64,000 bases of DNA from an uncultured Candidatus Saccharibacteria bacterium (lineage in GTDB: Bacteria; Patescibacteriota; Minisyncoccia; UBA6257; JACOXY01): the NCBI GenBank assembly GCA_964357615.1, contig CAYHMC010000002.1, positions 71,481-135,480 of the forward strand. Reading direction: 5' to 3'. This document shows, in pieces, positions 49,868 through 60,024 of this stretch. Numbering within the stretch: the first letter of the stretch is position 1; every line of letters begins with the position of its first letter. The translations under genes and the position numbers were made by a program. The notes beneath the pieces are model-generated. The model was not told the origin of the DNA, made no database searches, and saw only the letters and a program-made list of their open reading frames with translations.

Positions 49868-50461
49868 TCAGGCCGAGTAAACGACCGCGGAGTCCTTTGC
49901 GGACGGCTTCACGATGCCGAGTGGCGCGGGAGCAACTGCGGGCTTCTCGACCCAGACCTCGGGAGTTTGAACGCCCGTAAGTCTCATGGCCTCCCTGAAG
50001 GACTGGTAGGTTTCGCGACCAACTTCCATCGCCGTAACCCGCAGACGACGGTTGTCAGTGTCGAGCTCGTCCTTCATGTCGCGAATCCAGGCGTCGGCAA
50101 GCTTGTAGATTTTGCCATCAGCACCGAATCCGAGCTTGACCGCGAGTCTCACTGGGGCGGTGCCGAGCATTGCCTCGTCGACGCTGTTCGACTCGTCGAC
50201 GCTGTTCGAAACGAGACAACAGAGCTCATCGAGAGACAAGCGGGCACGAATGCCAGCTTCGCTCACCCCAATCGTTACGGGAACGATGAGTGTCCGGTGG
50301 CCGATGTAGCCTGGGGCGAACTCGCCGAGCGTCACGTTCTCCGTATCATGACGAATACTTTCGTCGTCCAGTTCCGTGTACGGAGCCGTCTCGTCTTCGA
50401 GCACGCAGAGGCGCTCTCGGAGCTCATCGTTTCGCACATCAGCTTCATGTTCACTAATCAT
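49868..50461 (-). CDS. Hypothetical protein encoded in ~58% GC foreign island
   Basis: 197 aa from ATG at 50461 with strong SD GAAGGAGG 8 nt upstream. Codon usage completely unlike flanks. Contains in-frame 18-bp tandem duplication (VDESNS x2). Confidence 0.5.
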   Translation of the reverse strand: MISEHEADVRNDELRERLCVLEDETAPYTELDDESIRHDTENVTLGEFAPGYIGHRTLIVPVTIGVSEAGIRARLSLDELCCLVSNSVDESNSVDEAMLGTAPVRLAVKLGFGADGKIYKLADAWIRDMKDELDTDNRRLRVTAMEVGRETYQSFREAMRLTGVQTPEVWVEKPAVAPAPLGIVKPSAKDSAVVYSA

Positions 50462-50465
50462 CTTG

Positions 50466-50708
50466 CTATTCCTCCTTCTTCTTGCCCTTCGGAACGAAGG
50501 GTCGTCGAAGCGACGAAGTTGTGATGGGATCATCCATCTCTTCTGGAGATGGGGCGAAGGAACCGATTTGGAGACTACCAGCAATACTCTGCCTCCAAAC
50601 GCTGTCCCTGCGAGTCGGCTCCGTAAGCGGTGCCTCACCACCAAGGAAATCCGTGAGGCAGTCCCTCTCTATCGAATCCGGCTGTGACCTTGATGCTCTT
50701 CTTGCCAT
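50466..50708 (-). CDS. Small hypothetical protein (80 aa) upstream in same GC-rich island
   Basis: Co-oriented, 4-nt gap to next gene. Frame choice uncertain. Confidence 0.3.
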   Translation of the reverse strand: MARRASRSQPDSIERDCLTDFLGGEAPLTEPTRRDSVWRQSIAGSLQIGSFAPSPEEMDDPITTSSLRRPFVPKGKKKEE

Positions 50709-50822
50709 CCTCTCCCCCTTTTGGTACGCGAAGTAGCTGAAACCATTGTTCTTATCCTAGCCCATAATTGCAACTAGGACTTATGCTTTGCCCATTATAC
50801 CATTAAAATTGAATAATGTAAA

Positions 50823-50840
50823 GCCCTCAAAATTGAGGGC
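50823..50840 (-). terminator. Hairpin terminator candidate after 50849-51427 gene
   Basis: GCCCTCAA-AA-TTGAGGGC 8-bp stem directly 3' of stop. Confidence 0.4.
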
Positions 50841-50848
50841 TATTTTAG

Positions 50849-51427
50849 CTATTCTATTGCTTTGCTACCAATAATTAAATCAATAACATTGCCTTCTGCT
50901 GGCCTAGGTAAATCCGTAACATATCTTGATAGAACATCATAAAAACTTTTATATACTTCTTTGCTATGACTCTTTCGCAATTCTCTAAGTCTTGGATATT
51001 TACTTTTTCTAGGTTCAAGCCTAAAATTTACTTCGTCCTTTAAAAATGCCCAGACGAAAAGCAGTGCGTCAGGCGCATCGTTTAAATTCAATTGAGCAAC
51101 GGCTTTTTTAGCAAAATCTACAGGTAAATTATCTGGACTGCCGTACAGTTTTTTAATCTTTAATACTAACGATTCAAGCATGGTAATTTCTATCTCATCA
51201 GGCGGTGAGACATATTGACCGCGTTTTTCTGCTTGATGTAGTTTTTGTTCAAACGGCCCCCTCTTTTTCTTCTTCCAAAACACAAGAGTCTCTCCTTCTT
51301 TTTTGCAAAAACCTTGAATTAAACCTAAATTATGTAAAAATTCTTTTTCCAGTATAGCTCTATTATTAAAAAAAACAACTCTTACATATTTGGGGACTAC
51401 TGGTAGCCATCGCAAATTCCTAAACAA
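50849..51427 (-). CDS. Hypothetical protein, co-transcribed with glyA
   Basis: 192 aa. Start overlaps glyA stop by 8 nt. No confident family assignment. Confidence 0.5.
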   Translation of the reverse strand: MFRNLRWLPVVPKYVRVVFFNNRAILEKEFLHNLGLIQGFCKKEGETLVFWKKKKRGPFEQKLHQAEKRGQYVSPPDEIEITMLESLVLKIKKLYGSPDNLPVDFAKKAVAQLNLNDAPDALLFVWAFLKDEVNFRLEPRKSKYPRLRELRKSHSKEVYKSFYDVLSRYVTDLPRPAEGNVIDLIIGSKAIE

Positions 51428-52694
51428 GATTTGAAACTTCTTTTTTAATTATCGAATTTTTAACTCCACTTAGACAATCATAAATTAGATGGGCAATTTT
51501 TTTCATTTCTTTTTCTTTCATTCCACGAGTTGTTACTGCTGGAACACCAAGTCGCAAACCAGATGGCTTGAATGGCGACTCGTCACCAGGAACAGTATTT
51601 CGATTTGCAATAATACCAGCTAATTCTAATATTTTCTCTGCCTCAAGACCACTCAAAATAACCGCGGTTCCATTATTTGAAATTAATTTAGATTTAGACA
51701 AATCAATAAGCATAAGATGAGTGTCAGTGCCACCAGAGACAAGATGAAAACCAATTTTTGTAAGTTCCGTCGCTAAACATTTTGCATTTTTTATTATTTG
51801 TTTTTGATATTTTTTAAAGCTTGGTTTTAACGCTTCAAAAAAAGCTACTGCCATTCCAGCTGTTACATTATTATGTGGTCCACCCTGAAGACCAGGAAAG
51901 ACTGATTTATCAATCGCATCTCCTAGTTCAATTCCATACTTTTTTCCAATTTTAGATTTACGATTTGAAAATATTATAGCGCCACGAGGACCGCGAAGAG
52001 TTTTATGAGTTGTAGTCATTACTATATCAGCATAAGAAAATGGTGAGGGGTGAAGTCCCGTAGCAACAAGACCTGCAATATGAGATATATCTGCTAAGTG
52101 ATATGCTTCAATCTTGTCCGCTATTTCTCTAAAACGCTTAAAATTAACTTGGCGTGAATAAGCAGTGAAACCAGATACGATTAACTTTGGTTTTTCTTTT
52201 TTAGCCAATTCTTCTATTTCATCATAATTAATCCATCCGTTTTCACTAGTTTTATAATGAATTGGCTTCCAAAATTTTCCAGTGTGCGACACGCGATGTC
52301 CGTGAGTTAAATGTCCACCAGAATTTAGTGCCATACCCATAAATTTTTCACCTGGTAAAAGAAGCGCCGAGTAAATTTCAAAATTTGCTGGCGAACCAGA
52401 ATATGGCTGAACATTAACAGACCAGTCGTCTTTGCTTAAGCCAAAAACCTTGAGCGCTCGAAACTTAGCGATTTCTTCAATTTCATCATAATAAATATTC
52501 CCCGGATAATACCTTTTTCCCGAATAACCTTCTGAATATTTATTTGTAAGCTCTGAACCAAGCGCCTCCAAAATATCAGTAGACACAAAATTCTCTGAAG
52601 CAATAAGATTTATAGTTTCTTTTTGTCTTTTCTTTTCAGCTTTTATTAATTTTTCTATTATTTTATCTTCCATCCCATTAGAGACAGATCGCAA
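51420..52694 (-). CDS. glyA: Serine hydroxymethyltransferase
   Basis: LIASENFVS motif and PLP-lysine region TTHKTLRGPRG. Confidence 0.95.
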   Translation of the reverse strand: MRSVSNGMEDKIIEKLIKAEKKRQKETINLIASENFVSTDILEALGSELTNKYSEGYSGKRYYPGNIYYDEIEEIAKFRALKVFGLSKDDWSVNVQPYSGSPANFEIYSALLLPGEKFMGMALNSGGHLTHGHRVSHTGKFWKPIHYKTSENGWINYDEIEELAKKEKPKLIVSGFTAYSRQVNFKRFREIADKIEAYHLADISHIAGLVATGLHPSPFSYADIVMTTTHKTLRGPRGAIIFSNRKSKIGKKYGIELGDAIDKSVFPGLQGGPHNNVTAGMAVAFFEALKPSFKKYQKQIIKNAKCLATELTKIGFHLVSGGTDTHLMLIDLSKSKLISNNGTAVILSGLEAEKILELAGIIANRNTVPGDESPFKPSGLRLGVPAVTTRGMKEKEMKKIAHLIYDCLSGVKNSIIKKEVSNLV

Positions 52695-52841
52695 TTACAA
52701 AATAGCGACTCTGTGTTCTTGATTATATTATTGAATTAGAAATTTAGACAATCTCTCCCGCCCACACAAGAAATTGCGGTCTCTAACGGGATTCATGATT
52801 TGACTATTATTTTAAAACTATTTTCTTTATTTTGCTAATAT

Positions 52842-52869
52842 AAAAAATAAAGGGGCCGTTACTGGCCCG
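52842..52869 (-). terminator. Rho-independent terminator for 52895-53161 gene
   Basis: GGGCC-GTTACT-GGCCC hairpin with T-run on minus strand. Confidence 0.45.
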
Positions 52870-52894
52870 ATAACTAACTAATTATTAAAAATTG

Positions 52895-53161
52895 TTAAAC
52901 CCATGATCCATTCGCAACGCGACGATACACCTCAGCCTCACAAGCCACTTGGAGTGCTTCGAATTGGGCGGAATGAGGAGCCGTTCCATCCTCGAGAACA
53001 AGCTCACACTCAAGAGCTTTCGGATATGCCGGATTACTTTTATCTAATCGATTAGTCCCGGCATTTATTCCGAGATTTAACGCGGAAAGAGTACTATTAT
53101 CGAAATCTCTTTTAAATCTCATCTGAATCAAAGCGGCCATACTCTTTATACCGGGCTCCAT
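52895..53161 (-). CDS. Hypothetical small protein (GC moderately elevated)
   Basis: 88 aa ORF with its own terminator. No family recognised. Confidence 0.35.
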   Translation of the reverse strand: MEPGIKSMAALIQMRFKRDFDNSTLSALNLGINAGTNRLDKSNPAYPKALECELVLEDGTAPHSAQFEALQVACEAEVYRRVANGSWV

Positions 53162-53236
53162 CTCTCAGTCTCCTTCTTTCTGTAAAATTTCAACAGCTAA
53201 AATATATCACAATTATTATATATTGTCAATTACAAA

Positions 53237-53917
53237 CTAAGCATCCACTTCAAAGTCCAAATGCATTTTGGGAAGCATCATGTACGGATTCCAATTAAGT
53301 TTCAGCTCTGCCAAGTCGGCTGTCTCCTGATACTTCCCATTCTCTTTAGAATACTGCTCTTCTATAGCCTTGAGTGGTGCTACTTCATAAAATACAATTT
53401 GTGCAACTCGACGACCAACAACTAATGGTATTGAATAGTTTTGAGAATTATTTGTAATCTCCATCGTCCATCTATTAAAATATCCAACATCGCCCCAACC
53501 AGCATCCTTACAAACTTCAATAAAATTTCTACCCATTGAAGATCTAGCGTACATTTTGGCGACTACGATATCTCTGCCACCAACAAATTGCTCGGTGTGA
53601 GCCAAAATAGTTTCACCTGGCCCAAGTAAAATTACTTTATCCTCTGGTTTTATATTTCTAAGTGCAATACCTTCGCGATTAGCATAATGCGTTGCTAATT
53701 CCGCAAAAAATGGTCCATCCCACACACTAGATGTTGAACGTTCATCGTAAAGATTGTGCACTGGCGCAATTCCTTCTTTTGGTTTTGATTCTCTCCAGTA
53801 CCATTCACCCAGCGTTACATCATAGCTTGTTGTTTTTAAATTTTTTTCACTAAATGGATCAATAACGATTGATCCATTGTCTAAATGCCATAATATTGCT
53901 TCGCGAGAAAGTAACAT
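53237..53917 (-). CDS. dcd: dCTP deaminase family protein (dUTPase fold)
   Basis: SYDVTLG, GETILAHTEQFVGG and WTMEITN motifs of Dcd family. Confidence 0.7.
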   Translation of the reverse strand: MLLSREAILWHLDNGSIVIDPFSEKNLKTTSYDVTLGEWYWRESKPKEGIAPVHNLYDERSTSSVWDGPFFAELATHYANREGIALRNIKPEDKVILLGPGETILAHTEQFVGGRDIVVAKMYARSSMGRNFIEVCKDAGWGDVGYFNRWTMEITNNSQNYSIPLVVGRRVAQIVFYEVAPLKAIEEQYSKENGKYQETADLAELKLNWNPYMMLPKMHLDFEVDA

Positions 53918-54018
53918 AATTAAATAATAATTTATTTTGTAATCAATAAATATATCATATTTAGGATTTTAAGTATATAAATAATAGAAACTTATACAGT
54001 TACTGCTATAATTAGCCG

Positions 54019-55017
54019 TTAAACTAAGGACAATATTACTTTTGCAAGTTTATCTGGATCATGACGTATTAATGACCTAGTTCGTAAAAAATCTCCCAAA
54101 ATCGAGACCGGTTTTTTAGGTAAATCAGCCCATTCAACAAGCATAGATTTTTCTTCTGCGTATTTTTTTGTTTGAGCTAGTGTTGGGCGCCGATTATTTA
54201 TAATTGCATAGTCCACGACATTTTCACCCAAAATCGAAATGATTGTTTTAATAAATTCAGAAGCAGTAAAGCCATGTGTTTCGCCAAATTTTGTCATAAT
54301 ATTAACAACATAAATCTTTTTTGCTCTAGTATTTTCTAATGCTTCTTTCATTCCCTTAACTAATAGATTTGGCATAATACTTGTAAATAAATCTCCTGGG
54401 CCTATCACAACGCCATCGGCTTCTTTAATTGCTCTAAGCGCTCTCGGATTTATACTAACCGCTGGCTTTAGCCAAGCTCGCTTAATTCTAAGTCGCCCAT
54501 CGTGTTTGGGAATATCTATATTAGTTTCTCCTTTAATTACTCTCCCATCAACAAGCTCGGCATAAAGATGAGCATTCTCTAATGTGACTGGAATAACCTT
54601 GCCTTCAACTTGTAAAATTTTTTCAGCTTCATGAATTGCTTTTCCAAAATCTCCAGTAATTTGTTCGAGCGCCGTAATCATCAAATTACCGAAGTTATGA
54701 CCAGTAAGCCCCTTGCCATTTTTAAATCTAAAATTGAAAAGTTCAGAAAGCATCTTATTGTCAGATCTTGAAAGAGCAATAATAGCACGACGAATATCGC
54801 CTGGTGGCAGAATACCAAATTCTTCTCGAAGCATTCCGGCCGAACCACCATCGTCAGCCATAGTAACTATTGCTGATAGTTCAACATTCTTATATTTTTT
54901 AAGTCCAGATAGTACGGTAAAAACTCCAGTACCACCGCCAATTACAACAATTCTTTTTTTGTTTTTTGCCATAAAAAATAAATTTATAAAACCAGAATCT
55001 TGAAGTTTAATACTCAA
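54019..55017 (-). CDS. yvcK: YvcK/CofD-family gluconeogenesis factor (UPF0052)
   Basis: VVIGGGTGVFTVLSGL ... TMADDGGSAGMLRE. Confidence 0.85.
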   Translation of the reverse strand: MSIKLQDSGFINLFFMAKNKKRIVVIGGGTGVFTVLSGLKKYKNVELSAIVTMADDGGSAGMLREEFGILPPGDIRRAIIALSRSDNKMLSELFNFRFKNGKGLTGHNFGNLMITALEQITGDFGKAIHEAEKILQVEGKVIPVTLENAHLYAELVDGRVIKGETNIDIPKHDGRLRIKRAWLKPAVSINPRALRAIKEADGVVIGPGDLFTSIMPNLLVKGMKEALENTRAKKIYVVNIMTKFGETHGFTASEFIKTIISILGENVVDYAIINNRRPTLAQTKKYAEEKSMLVEWADLPKKPVSILGDFLRTRSLIRHDPDKLAKVILSLV

Positions 55018-55114
55018 ATCATCAATACTTTGATGTTACTATAATTAAAATTTATTGTCAGCGATAAGTAAAAAACCGCATATTGAGCGGTTTGTTTTAT
55101 CTAAATAATATATA

Positions 55115-55465
55115 TTAACTATTCTCACCTTCTTTTCTAAGGGCTTCAGCAATTTCTCTTACGAGATCAATTGTAATGTCTGGATTATGCATTTTAATAT
55201 TGCCATACACAAAGCTAATTCTCTGTTCCCACTTTTCCTCAACACTTGATTCATCTACTGTAGCCTTTTTAGAAATACTATCTGATAATTTTTTATAAAC
55301 ATTTGGTCTATGTCTTATTAAAATTCCGCAAAATTCTTCAACTTGCTCACTAGACGTTAAAACTAAACTTTTAGCTAGAATTACTATTTCATCATCAGCA
55401 ATATTATCCACATCAATACAAGCCAGCCTAAACACTTCCCATTCAGAAAGAGGACCTGTTTCCAT
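55115..55465 (-). CDS. Hypothetical acidic protein
   Basis: 116 aa, no motif. Confidence 0.4.
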   Translation of the reverse strand: METGPLSEWEVFRLACIDVDNIADDEIVILAKSLVLTSSEQVEEFCGILIRHRPNVYKKLSDSISKKATVDESSVEEKWEQRISFVYGNIKMHNPDITIDLVREIAEALRKEGENS

Positions 55466-55619
55466 GTTTCACCTTTTCGAAATGCCACTGCTCGGAATAA
55501 TAACTAACTATATTAGACAATGCAATGATTGGTAATTATTAGGAACAGACAACTCATAAATTAAAAACCGAGGTTATTCCTCGGTGTATTTCAATTTTCT
55601 AAAATTTTTATATCAAAAA

Positions 55620-57194
55620 TTAAATAAATACTTTTCTTAAATTTTCTTTCTCTTCCGAAACCGGAACTTGAATCAAGTGATTAATAGCATCTAGATATGC
55701 CTGTGCATACGCAACAACTATATTTAAACTAGATGCCCTACCATAACCAACTTGATCACCAAGCTTAACTCTAGCCCTAGCAAAACCAAGAGCTTCAGAA
55801 CCACCCGAACCATGGATAAAATTAAAGCAAACTTCTTTTTTGTCCATTTCTTGACCATGCGCAGACAATGCTTTATCTATCGCTTTACAAACCGCATCTA
55901 CTGGCCCATCACCAAGGGCACTAGCTCTTTGGATTACACTATTTTTAAGAATAAGAATACTGCCTTTATTCTCTCCATTTTCGCTTTCAAAGCTAATTGT
56001 TTCTTGCCCAAATGTAAAAAGTTCTCTGTCTTTAACTTCTTCTTTTGAGAGATGCTCTTGAATTAGCATGTGTAGATCTTCGTCGCTTAGACGACCAACA
56101 CTATTTGCCAAGAGTTTAAACTCGCCCAAAATACCAGAAGCAAGGGTTGGATCACTATACCCCATTTTTTTAAGATGATCAGCTAAGCCAGCCTCTCCCA
56201 AATGACTAACAAGAGCAACTCCGGCTCCCTGCCAGTTTATATCTTCTGGCTTCATAATCTCATAAGTTTGCCTGTCCTTCAAAACTCCATCAGCATGAAT
56301 ACCTGAACTATGGGTAAATGCATACCTACCAGCAATTGATTTATGATCTGAGATTGGGTAACCAATCGCGCTAGATAAAAATCGAAAAAAAGGACCAAGC
56401 TGACTTATATCAATATTGGTTTTTACATCATATAAATCATATCTAGTATGAAGCGCCATGATTACATCTTCCAAGGCTGCATTTCCAGCTCGCTCTCCAA
56501 TACCCAAAAAACATCCTTCGACTTGGTCAGCGCCATACAAAACCCCATTAAGGGAATTAGCGACCGCCAACCCTAAATCATCATGACAATGAACACTCAA
56601 GATAATTTTTTCATTATCTGGAATACATTTCCAAACTGTATCGATAAGTTCTCCATATGAGTCTACTTGGGCATAGCCAACTGTATCAGGAATATTTATT
56701 GTAGTAGCTCCAGCATCTATTGCTGTCTCTATAACTTTAATCAAATATTTAGGATTTGTTCTAGTGGCATCTTCAGCTGAAAATTCAACATCTTCGCAAT
56801 ATCCTTTAGCTCGACTTACTTCTCTGTAAATTGCCTCAAGCACTTCTTCGCGAGTACTCCGAAGCTTCTTTCTAATATGAATATCGCTTGTGGAAACAAA
56901 AACATGAATCCGGCTTTTCTTTGCAAGTTCTAAGGAGCGCGCAGCAGCCTCAATGTGATCTTGCTTTACGCCAGCTAATGCACAAATAATAGGCTCGCTA
57001 ATAGCTTTGGAAATTTCTCTAAGCGCGGTTATTTCGGCAGGTGAAGAAATTGGAAATCCAGCCTCGATAACATCTACACGAAGACGCTCCAGCCATTTAG
57101 CAATAGATACTTTTGTAGAAATTGACATTGTATGACCAGCTTGTTCGCCGTCACGCATTGTGGTGTCAAATATACGTATGTGATGATTTTCCAA
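55620..57194 (-). CDS. leuA: 2-isopropylmalate synthase / citramalate synthase family (LeuA/CimA)
   Basis: RIFDTTMRDGEQ motif, HxH metal site, C-terminal LeuA dimerisation region. Confidence 0.85.
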   Translation of the reverse strand: MENHHIRIFDTTMRDGEQAGHTMSISTKVSIAKWLERLRVDVIEAGFPISSPAEITALREISKAISEPIICALAGVKQDHIEAAARSLELAKKSRIHVFVSTSDIHIRKKLRSTREEVLEAIYREVSRAKGYCEDVEFSAEDATRTNPKYLIKVIETAIDAGATTINIPDTVGYAQVDSYGELIDTVWKCIPDNEKIILSVHCHDDLGLAVANSLNGVLYGADQVEGCFLGIGERAGNAALEDVIMALHTRYDLYDVKTNIDISQLGPFFRFLSSAIGYPISDHKSIAGRYAFTHSSGIHADGVLKDRQTYEIMKPEDINWQGAGVALVSHLGEAGLADHLKKMGYSDPTLASGILGEFKLLANSVGRLSDEDLHMLIQEHLSKEEVKDRELFTFGQETISFESENGENKGSILILKNSVIQRASALGDGPVDAVCKAIDKALSAHGQEMDKKEVCFNFIHGSGGSEALGFARARVKLGDQVGYGRASSLNIVVAYAQAYLDAINHLIQVPVSEEKENLRKVFI

Positions 57195-57321
57195 TTGGAA
57201 CTCCTCTTTGACTAAGATCTAATGCATTTTTAACACAAAAAAGGTTTTTGGGCAACAAAAAACAAACAACGCTGTTTGTTTTTTTGTTAAATATAATTAA
57301 TTTAAAATATAAAGTTAATAA

Positions 57322-58500
57322 TTAAAGTCCGATTATTCTTATAACTTCTGAGGGGGTTGTTATGCCTTTTACTGCTTTTTCTATTGCTGATTCTTTTAAA
57401 GCTTGCTTTGTTTTAGTTCTAAACAATTCTTGTAAATCTTTAGTCATAGCGCCCTCAATTATTGCGGATCTTACCTCATTGTCAAATTGCACAATTTCAT
57501 AAACTCCTTGTCTTCCTAAATATCCAGTATTGTGACACTCGTTACAACCCTTACCTATGCGATATTCGGCTCCAACTGGATTACCAAGATAATTTCTTTC
57601 CGATTCGCTTGGCTCATATGCTTCTTCGCAAAATTTACAAATTTTTCTGATTAATCTTGTCGCGACAACGCCAGAAGTGCCATAAGCAACAACAGAACGC
57701 GGTATACCCATTTCAATAAGTCGAATTACAAGCCCTGGCACATCGAAAGTATGAAAAGTGGAAAACACTAATACGCCACTGAGCGCCGCCCTAAAAGCAT
57801 TTTGAGCAGTATCAGCATCACGAATTTCCCCAAGCATAACTATATCTGGATCCTGTCTTAAAATTGATCTTGTGACTTTGGCAAATGTTAAATCTATTGC
57901 GTCATTAACCTGAACTTGCCTAATACCTGCCATTTCAAGCTCAACCGGATCTTCGACGGTAATTATGTTTTTATTTGGACTATTTAAACTATCTAAGATT
58001 GAATATAAGAGAGTGGTCTTACCAGAACCAGTTGGTCCGCTTATTAAAACCATGCTATGGGGACTTGCTATAATTTTACCGATTAATTTAAGTTGCTCTT
58101 TGTCAAATCCTAGTTTATCAAGTTTCGCATAACTGTCATCTCTATTTTGAACTCTCATAACAACAGACTCTCCATATATTCCTGGTATAGTTGATACTCG
58201 AATATTATAATTTTTCCCATCAAAGTCTATGCCAAAAGTACCGTCCTGTGGAAAACGACGCTCTGCAATGTCCATTTTAGCAAGAACCTTTATTCTTGAA
58301 ATTGCTTCTTCTTGATAGATGTGAGGCAAATCTTCGGTTGGATAAAGAACACCATCAATCCTATAACGAACGCTAACATCTAACGGACTTAAGTCTATAT
58401 GAATATCGCTAGCCCTTTTAACAATGGCTTCTTGCAAAATTGAATTTACAAAATCTGCTACTCCTTTTTGGTCATCTGGTGTAAAACTGTCTTTTAACAT
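57322..58500 (-). CDS. pilB: Type II/IV secretion-system ATPase (PilB/GspE-like, lacking N-terminal domain)
   Basis: GPTGSGKTT Walker A, Asp/His boxes, C-terminal tetracysteine CKFC...CNEC. Confidence 0.85.
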   Translation of the reverse strand: MLKDSFTPDDQKGVADFVNSILQEAIVKRASDIHIDLSPLDVSVRYRIDGVLYPTEDLPHIYQEEAISRIKVLAKMDIAERRFPQDGTFGIDFDGKNYNIRVSTIPGIYGESVVMRVQNRDDSYAKLDKLGFDKEQLKLIGKIIASPHSMVLISGPTGSGKTTLLYSILDSLNSPNKNIITVEDPVELEMAGIRQVQVNDAIDLTFAKVTRSILRQDPDIVMLGEIRDADTAQNAFRAALSGVLVFSTFHTFDVPGLVIRLIEMGIPRSVVAYGTSGVVATRLIRKICKFCEEAYEPSESERNYLGNPVGAEYRIGKGCNECHNTGYLGRQGVYEIVQFDNEVRSAIIEGAMTKDLQELFRTKTKQALKESAIEKAVKGITTPSEVIRIIGL

Positions 58501-58625
58501 AAATTTATTATTAATAATATTATACTATAAAAACTAAATCTTTAATGCATTGTGGCTTTTGTATATAAAAATTTATTGACTTAAACCACAATACCAATAT
58601 ACTAAAAAAAGATACTTTACACCAA

Positions 58626-59168
58626 TTGCGGAGAACGAAAATGCCTATATTTGCTATAACAGCAAACAATTTTTTGGGAGGATTTGCCTCATTAGTTTAT
58701 GGCTTGTATCCAAATCGCATACAAAAAGGAAATCGCCTTGGGTGGGATGCTGAGGATCAATTAATGAAAGATATTGTTGGTGCAAAAAAGAAAATAATCA
58801 TAATTTGCAGAAATTTTTTTACATGCAAAACACATCCAAGCTTAGATATGGAGTGGTTTATTAAATCCATTGATGAACTTAATAAAAACAAGGTTGCGGT
58901 TATAATGGCTTCAGAGGAAGATCCACCTGAGTTTATTCAATCATTAATTGATTCCGGTAAAATATGTTTTAAAAAAAGCGAAAGGGTGCCTTTTGTCGGT
59001 CACTTTGTTGACGATAAAATAATAGATATCAGTTTTGATGATAGACAGACCGGTATATGCCCTGGAGGAATATTCTGGAGAACCGAACATGCACTACCGG
59101 ATATAAATGAATTGCTTAAAGATGCCTTCCTTGCCTCAATATCATATAGTTTCGAACGGCTAGTTTAA
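58626..59168 (+). CDS. Hypothetical protein
   Basis: 180 aa, no motif. Confidence 0.4.
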   Translation: MRRTKMPIFAITANNFLGGFASLVYGLYPNRIQKGNRLGWDAEDQLMKDIVGAKKKIIIICRNFFTCKTHPSLDMEWFIKSIDELNKNKVAVIMASEEDPPEFIQSLIDSGKICFKKSERVPFVGHFVDDKIIDISFDDRQTGICPGGIFWRTEHALPDINELLKDAFLASISYSFERLV

Positions 59169-59180
59169 GCCGTTTTTTAT
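59155..59180 (+). terminator. Rho-independent terminator
   Basis: AACGGCT-AGTTTA-AGCCGTT then TTTTTTATTTT. Confidence 0.55.
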
Positions 59181-59351
59181 TTTAACCAACAATTCAATAT
59201 TCTATTGTATTTAAAGAGGTTAAAATAATCCCGCCTGTCCCGAGCGCTAGAGAGGGAAGTGAGTCTCATTTTAATGAGACGATGACTGAGTGGGAGCGAT
59301 GAAATGCTGAAACAAGCAGGCTGAATGCACGAGGGATACAAAACCCTCAGA

Positions 59352-59837
59352 CTAGAACTCTGGTACAGCAGACACTTGAAAGTTTTTCATTTCCATAGCA
59401 ATTTTTTCTTCTGAACACGGCAAGACCCAATCACCCAAAGATTTTAAAAAGAATTCTCTTCGAGATTCAAAAAAATCTTCTTTGTAGTGCTTTATTGGAT
59501 GACTCTCGGGAGTAAACTCATAATGTCCTCGAATTTCTCCGTCATCAAAGAAGCGTATGTGATATTGAAATTCATAATTTTCGCGATATCTTAAGCCAAA
59601 AACTTCATCTTTATCTATCCAAGCGATAAAATGATTCCCAAAACCCCGAGAAACGAGGTAATCTTTAAATTCTTCAGCCGATTTATTAGGAGCAAGATTT
59701 CCAATAACAAATGGCTGTCTACCATTTTCAAATGAATGACGAACTATACCTAAAAATTCTGCGGCGTCCCGCAGATATGGAAAAATTGGAGTTACTACAA
59801 ACCAGAAACCTGAATGAATATATTCAGAAATTCTCAT
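59352..59837 (-). CDS. Hypothetical protein
   Basis: 161 aa, no motif. Confidence 0.4.
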   Translation of the reverse strand: MRISEYIHSGFWFVVTPIFPYLRDAAEFLGIVRHSFENGRQPFVIGNLAPNKSAEEFKDYLVSRGFGNHFIAWIDKDEVFGLRYRENYEFQYHIRFFDDGEIRGHYEFTPESHPIKHYKEDFFESRREFFLKSLGDWVLPCSEEKIAMEMKNFQVSAVPEF

Positions 59838-60024
59838 ATATGATATGTGATTTCAGTCTATGCTTTAATTATATCACTTCTTAATTAGAGCGCTAAAGAA
59901 TATTAATATAACATTGAGGCTTAACTGTCAACCAATGCATATATTACCTGAAATTAAAAATAATTTGTCTGCTATATAGATGTGTGCTAGTATCCTCTTA
60001 GAAAAAACTAAACAAGGCAAATGA

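Noticed and set aside
49835-50736. Plus-strand and alternative-frame ORFs within the 58% GC island
   Set aside because: High GC suppresses stops in all frames. Only 49868-50461 (minus strand) has a strong SD and terminator.
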